Below are positions 57,645 to 64,000 of a stretch of DNA of 64,000 nt, in pieces (positions within the stretch are counted from its first letter, which is position 1; each line of letters begins with the position of its first letter). Below the pieces are notes generated by a model. The model did no database searches, was not told the DNA's origin, and saw nothing but the letters and a program-made list of their open reading frames with translations. The DNA is taken from positions 20,947 to 84,946 of IMG/VR virus record IMGVR_UViG_3300033156_000150; one strand, written 5' to 3'. The DNA comes from a virus. Made by a program: the position numbers and the translations under genes.

Positions 57645-58230
57645 AGTTCGCCGGTACAGAGAGCTTGTCAATCAGAAGCTCGCTGAACTCAAAGTCGCTA
57701 AAAAGGACTTGGCTAGGTGGCAGAGCGACGTTGACAAAACGTCAGCACTGTGCCAGGACGCGGAAACCGCACAGGTCTTGGTCCAGAGCGTAGCACAAGA
57801 AGTTCAACAGCGAGTTCATGGGGTGCTTGCAGGGGTCGTGGCGGACTGCCTCAGGGGAGTGTTTGGCGATCGTTACGGCTTCCAAATTGTGTGGGAACGT
57901 AAGCGAGGGAAGACGGAAGCAAAGTTAGTTATTATGAAGGATGGACAGAAGTACGATGAGCCGCTGCATCAAGTTGGTGGAGGGATCATTGATGTTGCCA
58001 GCCTGGCGTTGCGGGCAGCGGCGATCGTATTGCGCAGGCCGGGTGTCAGACGCTTGTTGGTTCTTGATGAACCCCTAAAGAACGTGCGAGGGAGGGAGTA
58101 CAGGGAGAGGACACGAAAGTTGCTCATTGGATTGTGCGAGCGATTGGGGTTCCAAATCCTGCTGTCAGTTGATGCCGACAGTTATCCAGAGTTTGTGTTG
58201 GGGAAAGTGATTGACATGGATGATGAATAG
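57634..58230 (+). CDS. SbcC/Rad50-like ATPase, C-terminal half
   Basis: Signature-like VGGG..DVASLALR; Walker B LLVLDEP. Confidence 0.8.
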   Translation: MVTEVRRYRELVNQKLAELKVAKKDLARWQSDVDKTSALCQDAETAQVLVQSVAQEVQQRVHGVLAGVVADCLRGVFGDRYGFQIVWERKRGKTEAKLVIMKDGQKYDEPLHQVGGGIIDVASLALRAAAIVLRRPGVRRLLVLDEPLKNVRGREYRERTRKLLIGLCERLGFQILLSVDADSYPEFVLGKVIDMDDE

Positions 58231-58259
58231 CAGAACAAAAGCAAGAATGGGGACGCTCG

Positions 58260-58631
58260 GTGGAAGGTCCCAGCTCTCCCAAAGGTGCAATTGGTCGTTT
58301 CCATCGTAGTATAATGGAGGGGGATCCCAGGTTGCCGACGGATGTGCTGCCTGGGACGGTGGCAAAGGTCATTGTCATGGCGGAAAGGGCCGCAGCCGGG
58401 TTGCCCGTGTTCCATTCACAAGACCGTCGAATAGGCGAAAGTTTAAGCGAGTTCTACAATCGCATATTGGGGCTTGATTATGGGACGAACTGGGAGGCGG
58501 AAGAGCGGCAGGGAAAGGAGGGCAAAGCGAAAAGCCCGAGAGTGGATCAACAGGTGGTTGGTGGAAACGGCTGGAAGCCATTGGGACGCCAAAGAAAGAA
58601 AAGACGAAGTAAAAGACAACGCACTGGTTAG
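58260..58631 (+). CDS. Hypothetical protein
   Basis: PTDVLPGT..KV.VM.ER...GLPVFH..D motif; start uncertain. Confidence 0.5.
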   Translation: MEGPSSPKGAIGRFHRSIMEGDPRLPTDVLPGTVAKVIVMAERAAAGLPVFHSQDRRIGESLSEFYNRILGLDYGTNWEAEERQGKEGKAKSPRVDQQVVGGNGWKPLGRQRKKRRSKRQRTG

Positions 58632-58766
58632 GAAAGTGTTGGATTCGGGCGGAAGTGAGGACCTACCAGCAAGCGAAATTGCTAGGCTTGTCATAATTAG
58701 ATCGATGCTCAGTGGGGACCGCCGGTTGGCACTTGAAAGTCAAAAAAGGAAAAGGGAGGACCAGGC

Positions 58767-59273
58767 ATGATTTATAGAAGCCCTGCTTCGCTGCCCCCGT
58801 GTGCAGACACTTACGCTGAGCTAGCTACCGATGCGATTTGTGAGGCGGCAATCCGCAAGGAGCTGGTGCGGGGAAGCGAATTTGACCGATTGCTAGCGCT
58901 TGACGTGCTTACTATCGTCGGCGTTTCGGAGCTGGTTAAGCGAGTGCTAAAGACAGCGGAAGAAATGTCGGTGGTAGTGAAACAAGCTGGCATTGAACAT
59001 GTGCCTTTTGGTGCTGGCGAAAGATATGCTGAAGGCGGTGGAGGCCGTGTGTGCGCAGTGCTTGAGCCCTGGAGGCGATCACTGTGGACTGTGGTTGGAG
59101 ATGGTATGCCGCGCGGTCCAGCGTTTCGAGATTGGAGGGCTATGTGGGATTTGGCACATCCCGAGTGGGCTAAGTTGTTTGCTCAGCTTATCGTAACCTA
59201 TCCATCAGTCAGCGAAGTGAAGTCGGCATGGGATGCAGCGTTGAGTAAGGATGCTATAGTCAAACCTTGTTAG
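58767..59273 (+). CDS. Hypothetical protein
   Basis: GGAGG RBS; 168 aa. Confidence 0.6.
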   Translation: MIYRSPASLPPCADTYAELATDAICEAAIRKELVRGSEFDRLLALDVLTIVGVSELVKRVLKTAEEMSVVVKQAGIEHVPFGAGERYAEGGGGRVCAVLEPWRRSLWTVVGDGMPRGPAFRDWRAMWDLAHPEWAKLFAQLIVTYPSVSEVKSAWDAALSKDAIVKPC

Positions 59274-59289
59274 TACAGGAGGAGCCAAA

Positions 59290-59664
59290 ATGACAAGGGA
59301 AGCTCGTAAGCTGCGGGTTTACGTTGCCGGCAAGTTGTCCGGAGCAACGACTGACTACATTTCCAACATGCACGAGATGCTGAAGGCGTCAGCCCTTTTG
59401 CGACGGGACTTTGCACTGTTCATTCCTTGCATCGACATATTGCTTGGCATCTTTGACGGGTGGTTGGAAGCTGCTGATGCGGTGTATGTGAGCAAGGGAG
59501 GTTGGGTTGACGGCAGATACGATCCGGAAGCGTACAAGACAAGCAAGGGAGTCATGGAGGAAATTGCACATGCTGAGGAGTTGGGAATCCCTGTTTTCTA
59601 TGACATTGTTAGCCTAAAGGAGTGGCAGAGGGAAAAGGAACACGAAATGGGGATTAACACTTGA
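59290..59664 (+). CDS. Nucleoside deoxyribosyltransferase-like (DUF4406/DUF1937-type) protein
   Basis: VYVAG, ADAV, SKGV..EI..A..LGIPVFY. Confidence 0.7.
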   Translation: MTREARKLRVYVAGKLSGATTDYISNMHEMLKASALLRRDFALFIPCIDILLGIFDGWLEAADAVYVSKGGWVDGRYDPEAYKTSKGVMEEIAHAEELGIPVFYDIVSLKEWQREKEHEMGINT

Positions 59665-59694
59665 AGCTAGAGACAAGCAAGTGGAGGGAATGGG

Positions 59695-59877
59695 ATGGTT
59701 GTTGTGGAACAGCTAAGTCGGGTGGTAATCGAAGCTGAGCTATACAGGTTGCAACATCACAATTGCAACGGTTGGGCTATAGTGCGAGCCGACGGCACAG
59801 TGGAGGGAGAGCCGTGCAAAGCGTGTGAGCGCATAGCTGAGCTGCAAAGCATGTTGCGCGGGGACAGTGAATCGTGA
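59695..59877 (+). CDS. Small hypothetical protein
   Basis: GGAGG RBS; HNC...CKAC. Confidence 0.45.
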   Translation: MVVVEQLSRVVIEAELYRLQHHNCNGWAIVRADGTVEGEPCKACERIAELQSMLRGDSES

Positions 59878-60659
59878 AGAGGGTACGGTCGCTAACAGAA
59901 CAAAAGATATTTGAGCTGCTGAAGCGACGTTGGCCGTGGCCCGCCTACGTGATGTTGCCCCAGGTGGGAAACAGCACTGGATTTGCTTGCCGGCGTTATG
60001 CAGATGCCGTGGTTGTCAGCACCTACCCGTCGCGGGGCATCTACGCGATTGGAGTTGAAATCAAAACCTCGCGTTCGGATTGGAGGAAGGAGCTAGCCGA
60101 GCCGGAAAAAGCTGAAGCTGTGCTGAAATATTGTCTCTATTGGTACGTTGTGGCTCCCAAGGGGCTGCTCAATCCAGCCGAAATACCGGAACAATGGGGA
60201 TTGATTGAATGCGACAGCCGTAGTACGCGAATCATCAAGCGTGCTCCGAAGCTGAAACCAGTAGCGCCGACATGGGAGTTCATGGCGGCTGTAACACGGC
60301 GGTTAGCGGAGCACGTTATCACCATGGAGGAGCATGAACGCTTGTTGCAGGAGGAAAGGGAAAGAAGTGCTGAAGACGCGAAAAAAGCAATGGAGCTAAG
60401 GATAGTTCAGCACGAGCTGAACGAGTTGAAGGAAGCTGTAGCGCGGTTCGAGCGGGCGTCTGGGATCAACATTTCGGACCGATGGAGGCTTGGGCAAATT
60501 GGCGAAGCAGTGAATTTGATAGTGCGAGCAAGGAGGGAGGGAGGCTACGACAGGGAAATTGACCGCGTGATCGGTACGTTGCACAGTGCTATTCAGTCGC
60601 TTGAATCCACGAGGGACGTGTTGAAACAGCTTGATGCTGAGTGCAAGGGAGACTTGTGA
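59874..60659 (+). CDS. MmcB-like PD-(D/E)xK nuclease-fold protein with coiled coil
   Basis: ADAV, EIKTSRSDWRKEL..PEK, WYVVAP, EIPEQWGL. Confidence 0.75.
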   Translation: MKRVRSLTEQKIFELLKRRWPWPAYVMLPQVGNSTGFACRRYADAVVVSTYPSRGIYAIGVEIKTSRSDWRKELAEPEKAEAVLKYCLYWYVVAPKGLLNPAEIPEQWGLIECDSRSTRIIKRAPKLKPVAPTWEFMAAVTRRLAEHVITMEEHERLLQEERERSAEDAKKAMELRIVQHELNELKEAVARFERASGINISDRWRLGQIGEAVNLIVRARREGGYDREIDRVIGTLHSAIQSLESTRDVLKQLDAECKGDL

Positions 60660-61093
60660 TGATTGAGTACGAGTGGGTTACCCGTGCTGGGCTAAGGGCT
60701 ATTTGTGCTGTGGGAATTTGGGACGTTTCGTGTCATCGACGCGGGTATGTGGAAGTTCCATGCAATCATCCCTTGTACGAGGTCAAGCACGACCAACCAA
60801 TTCCAACCGACAAGGAGCGGCGGACGCCAAGTGCTTTGTTCGACTGCCATGGAGGGTTGTCTTTTTCCGGGCATGGTCGCAAGGGATGTCCAGTGAAGTC
60901 GGAGGGATGGTGGTTTGGATTTAAGTGCAACCATCCAGGGGATGGTTCATTGGATGGAACTTTCGAGGGAGAAGTACGTAGCATGAAGTACGTTATTGCT
61001 GAATGTGAGCGTCTTGCTGAGCAGCTAGTTGATTTTGCAAGACGCTTGGAAAAGGAGGGGAGCAAAGATGGACAAAGCAGCGGAACCTCTTAG
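60659..61093 (+). CDS. Conserved phage hypothetical protein
   Basis: RGYV..HPLY..CHGGLSF..WWFGF.CNH.GD. Confidence 0.7.
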   Translation: MIEYEWVTRAGLRAICAVGIWDVSCHRRGYVEVPCNHPLYEVKHDQPIPTDKERRTPSALFDCHGGLSFSGHGRKGCPVKSEGWWFGFKCNHPGDGSLDGTFEGEVRSMKYVIAECERLAEQLVDFARRLEKEGSKDGQSSGTS

Positions 61094-61361
61094 CGTTGAT
61101 GAGTTCCTTGCGATTCACAACAACGAAAACATTTTGGTACAGTGCGAAGCGTTGTCTCTGGCGTTGAACGAGCTGCTTCAACTAGCTTGTGAAGTAAGCA
61201 ACCGCCTTGAACCAGTGTTAGCTACAAAGCCAACGCGCGAGCAACTTGATTCACCACCCGACCCCAGTGTTTCAGTGCCGGCGTCGTTGAAGTACAACCA
61301 CGAGCAAATTGCTGAGATTTCCAGGATCTTGTATAATATCAACGAGGAGTGTCAGTTGTAG
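61068..61361 (+). CDS. Hypothetical protein
   Basis: AAGGAGG RBS. Confidence 0.55.
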   Translation: MDKAAEPLSVDEFLAIHNNENILVQCEALSLALNELLQLACEVSNRLEPVLATKPTREQLDSPPDPSVSVPASLKYNHEQIAEISRILYNINEECQL

Positions 61362-61452
61362 GAGGGAAGTGAAGGGCGAATCCACGCTGGAATTGACGGG
61401 TAAAGGGTACGGTTCCAGCGTGGTTACCTAATCGGGTGCCTTGCCCATTGGA

Positions 61453-61560
61453 ACTCCGGCGGCGTGGTGGGAACACGCGGGCAAGATGAGGACCCGTGGC
61501 TTGTCCTGGCGGAGTACCACGGGGGACCCGCCGAACCGGGTTCGAATCCCGGCCGGGGAA
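61453..61560 (+). ncRNA. tRNA-like structured RNA 2 (non-canonical)
   Basis: Same 23-nt 5' block and 25-nt 3' block as 34131-34270; different central two hairpins. Confidence 0.65.
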
Positions 61561-61607
61561 CTTGAAACATTCTTTCCGACTTGCACATAGAGAGGTTGCA
61601 CGTTAAA

Positions 61608-61964
61608 ATGGTTGAGCGTTGGAAGACAGAAACAACACGGAGGGAGCTAGAGCTTGCCGTGCTTGTTACCATTGACACTTTCCACAAGGGAACAACACGC
61701 GACAAGCTAATTGCCATTCGCAACTTGATTGAAATGGAGAAACAGAACCAAATTGATGAAGCAATGGAGCGCAGGGAAGCACCACGCCTAGTTGACCAAC
61801 GGCAGTTGCATCTACATGTGACTGCTGATGAAGTAGTTGAGGCACGGAAAAGAATGATTGCAAGCGACCGACGACGCAAGGGGCAGCTACCAAAGCCTGA
61901 GCAGAAACAGGGGTTGCGGGAAGGCCGATACGAAGAAGAGGAGAACGAGGACGCCAGCGATTAA
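61608..61964 (+). CDS. Hypothetical protein, last gene before the non-coding gap
   Basis: GAGG upstream; followed by a terminator. Confidence 0.6.
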   Translation: MVERWKTETTRRELELAVLVTIDTFHKGTTRDKLIAIRNLIEMEKQNQIDEAMERREAPRLVDQRQLHLHVTADEVVEARKRMIASDRRRKGQLPKPEQKQGLREGRYEEEENEDASD

Positions 61965-62001
61965 ACAATACCAGCGTCTTCTTACGCTGTTACTCCTATA
62001 A

Positions 62002-62042
62002 GGCACGCCAGTATTACTGCTTCAACTGGCGTGCCCTTTTTC
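62002..62042 (+). terminator. Intrinsic terminator
   Basis: GGCACGCCAGT/ACTGGCGTGCC 11-bp stem followed by CTTTTTT. Confidence 0.8.
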
Positions 62043-62218
62043 TATTTCATCTCATCCCCTCCGCAACACGTACAACAGCGTAGAGGAAAGCGTTAGGTTC
62101 ACTAGCTACAACGTGCTTCCCGCAAGTGTTACGTATAGGTGCTTTCCCCGAATTTGTTGAAGTATAGTAGCTTAACCCCGTTGGAACGCTACCTCAGGCT
62201 CCTTGCGGTGTTGTACTA

Positions 62219-62413
62219 GTTCATTGTAGTGCTGCTTTGGGTTCATTACGGTGCTGCTTTAGGTTCGTTACAGTGTTGTCTTGGGTTCATTACGGTGCTG
62301 CTCTAGTTCATTGTAGTGTTTCCTTAGGTTCGTTGCAGTGTTGCTTTAGTTCATTGTAGTGTTTCCTTAGGTTCGTTGCAGTGTTGCTTTAGTTCATTGT
62401 AGTGTTTCCTTAG
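62219..62413. repeat. Tandem array of nine 21-22 bp degenerate repeats
   Basis: Units such as GTTCATTGTAGTGTTTCCTTAG and GTTCGTTGCAGTGTTGCTTTA, without spacers. Confidence 0.9.
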
Positions 62414-62647
62414 GTTCGGTTCGTTGGGATAGTGGGGCAGCTATGGGAGGCTCCCCCGCTCCCTCACCTCCGCCCCCTCCCCCTCCCCCTCCCTGTCGCC
62501 TCTCCCTCCCAGCCCCAGGACTGCTGAGCAAGTGTCCCACGCTCAGGACCGCTCGGCATACGTGCCCCGTGTAGGTTTTCCTGCCGCGCTCCCTCCCCCT
62601 AACATCCCCAAGCCGTGCGTGCCCCGTTTCTCTTTTTGTGTTGAACG

Positions 62648-62740
62648 ACGTAAATCCAATGGACATAAGCACTTACGCCTCAGGAAAATTCCAGGATTTT
62701 CCAGATTTGGGGTTGACTTCGATAGCGGGCATGCTATAAT
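62648..62740 (+). promoter_or_regulatory. Early promoter 2, same architecture as promoter 1
   Basis: TTGACT-16-TATAAT with TG; CGTAAAT...ACTTACG; GGAAAAT-N6-ATTTTCC. Confidence 0.8.
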
Positions 62741-62791
62741 ACAAGTGTAAGGAAAAGGAAAGCACAGGACACAAGTAAAAGGAGACGTACA

Positions 62792-63055
62792 ATGGAAAAG
62801 AAGATTGAGGCGGGAAGGAAGGCCCTGCAACACGCGCGTGATGTGTTGCAAAAAGCAGTGAATCGGCTGGACTGGGGCCTGCGGCGGTATGACAAGGCAG
62901 TCGAGGAGGGCGGATACATCCTGCCCGAGGACGTGCTGCGCTGGGCAGTCACGGACATCACTTCGGCTACCGTGTTTTGTCGCACGACGGACTTGATTGA
63001 AGCGTCGCGGGCAATTGCTAATGCACGTGCAAGGAAGGAGAGGAACAGTGACTAG
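62792..63055 (+). CDS. Small early protein
   Basis: AAGGAG RBS after promoter 2. Confidence 0.7.
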   Translation: MEKKIEAGRKALQHARDVLQKAVNRLDWGLRRYDKAVEEGGYILPEDVLRWAVTDITSATVFCRTTDLIEASRAIANARARKERNSD

Positions 63056-63263
63056 GCAGGAACTCAAGCAAAGCAAGGAAGCACTGAAGGAGCTTGCAAG
63101 GGCGTTGCACAAGCTCTACAGGGACGCTAAGGAGCTCTACGAGTCGTTCGAGGACGTGGTGGAGCCGATGGAAGCCCTGGACGCCTTCCGTGAGGAGGTG
63201 GGAGAGACGCTCTGCATTGCATTGGAGGGGTTGGGGGATAGTATTGAGGAGATGAGGAGGTGA
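63048..63263 (+). CDS. Small early helical protein
   Basis: GGAGAGG RBS, GTG start. Confidence 0.6.
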   Translation: MTRQELKQSKEALKELARALHKLYRDAKELYESFEDVVEPMEALDAFREEVGETLCIALEGLGDSIEEMRR

Positions 63264-63266
63264 AAC

Positions 63267-63458
63267 ATGCGACGTGCTACAGTGCAATGGATCCGCCGTG
63301 GGAGCTACCCGGTGCTTTACAGCCAGGTTCGGCTGTACGAGGGCAAGCGCCTGGTGGAGAAACGGGTTACCCGGGAAGTTACGGAAGCCTTGAGTATCGT
63401 GCGCGCATGGATGGAGGGGAAGCTGGATATTGAAGCCGCTGAGCGTTGTGGGGGGTAG
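63267..63458 (+). CDS. Small early protein
   Basis: AGGAGGT RBS. Confidence 0.65.
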   Translation: MRRATVQWIRRGSYPVLYSQVRLYEGKRLVEKRVTREVTEALSIVRAWMEGKLDIEAAERCGG

Positions 63459-63462
63459 AGAG

Positions 63463-63732
63463 ATGAACACGTTTCTACTGAAGCGGGCAAAGGAAGCACT
63501 AGCTGAACTGGAGAAGCTCGGGGCCAAGTGGCAGCGGAAGACCAACGTCCTGGACTTCCGCTCCATCCGTGTAAGGAACAACGATCAGGCACTGCGTTTG
63601 GTGCGGGCGTTGCGCCTGGTGATGTCGTTGGAGCGTCGTGGGGTGCTCCACGCCGACATCGACCGTATGGGAACAGTCGTGGGCTGCCACTACACGCAGG
63701 CAGCTAGAGAGGAGATGGTAAGGAGAGGATGA
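63463..63732 (+). CDS. Small early protein
   Basis: Fills the gene string. Confidence 0.6.
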   Translation: MNTFLLKRAKEALAELEKLGAKWQRKTNVLDFRSIRVRNNDQALRLVRALRLVMSLERRGVLHADIDRMGTVVGCHYTQAAREEMVRRG

Positions 63733-64000
63733 TGAAAGTTTACAACCACACCGATTTGCCGAACCGACTACTTGTTCAGCTTGTTGAATGGGGAGTGCGC
63801 TTGACGCAGGCGCCGAAGGACGAGTTGGTGGTCGTGTTCAACTCGTCCAAGTACACATGGGGCTCATACGATCCTGGTGCATATAGTGTGTGGACGCGCA
63901 AGGATGGGCACGTCCGCACACCGCACGGTTCAGTCGTTGTTCGGGTGCCGAAGTTGTACAGGCGCAAGCAGAAGGATCCTCTGAAGCTAGCTGAAATGGT
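63732..64000 (+). CDS. Early protein, 3'-truncated
   Basis: AAGGAG RBS; MKVYNHTDLPNR... is open to the window end. Confidence 0.6.
   Translation, partial: MKVYNHTDLPNRLLVQLVEWGVRLTQAPKDELVVVFNSSKYTWGSYDPGAYSVWTRKDGHVRTPHGSVVVRVPKLYRRKQKDPLKLAEM

Larger units (their letters stand above)
1..64000 (+). mobile_element. Tailed dsDNA bacteriophage genome segment (siphovirus-like)
   Basis: Portal, prohead protease, HK97-like capsid, tail tube, frameshifted chaperone, tape measure and replication genes are all co-oriented and densely packed; no sheath gene or host housekeeping operon is seen. Confidence 0.95.

Noticed and set aside
59400-59480. Possible short in-frame deletion in the DUF4406-like gene before WLEAADAV
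   Set aside because: The spacing looks short from memory of the family, but I cannot support this without an alignment
62219-62413. CRISPR array
   Set aside because: The repeats are directly adjacent with no unique spacers, and no cas genes are seen
1-64000. Many minus-strand and alternate-frame ORFs in the track (e.g. 1954-2673, 54553-55548, 42816-43559)
   Set aside because: They lie on top of motif-bearing + strand genes and show no recognisable motifs; treated as shadow ORFs

Overview
The whole window looks like a contiguous, incomplete stretch of a tailed dsDNA phage genome (siphovirus-like, HK97-fold head), with every credible gene on the + strand. Gene order: virion and neck genes interleaved with accessory nucleotide enzymes (1-9.8 kb); portal, MuF, protease and capsid (9.9-18.9 kb); tail (19-27.9 kb); a large glycan-building cluster (27.9-35.4 kb); early genes behind a sigma70 promoter (35.6-38.5 kb); replication and recombination genes with a 7-deazaguanine cluster (38.5-58 kb); small genes, a repeat-rich non-coding gap and a second early promoter (58-64 kb). 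I recognise no terminase, integrase, lysin or queC, but these may lie outside the window. The best candidates for new biology are: (1) a putative virion O-glycosylation system (KdsB-like CMP-sugar synthetase, two Maf-like transferases, three GT-A enzymes, a methyltransferase and two sulfotransferase-like proteins) alongside three morphogenesis-region proteins with Ser/Cys/Thr tails; (2) two tRNA-shaped RNAs with identical D and T arms but replaced anticodon and variable arms; (3) a small membrane protein carrying a copy of a tape-measure peptide; (4) several intergenic pseudoknots. All product calls come from motifs read by eye; no database search or folding program was run.
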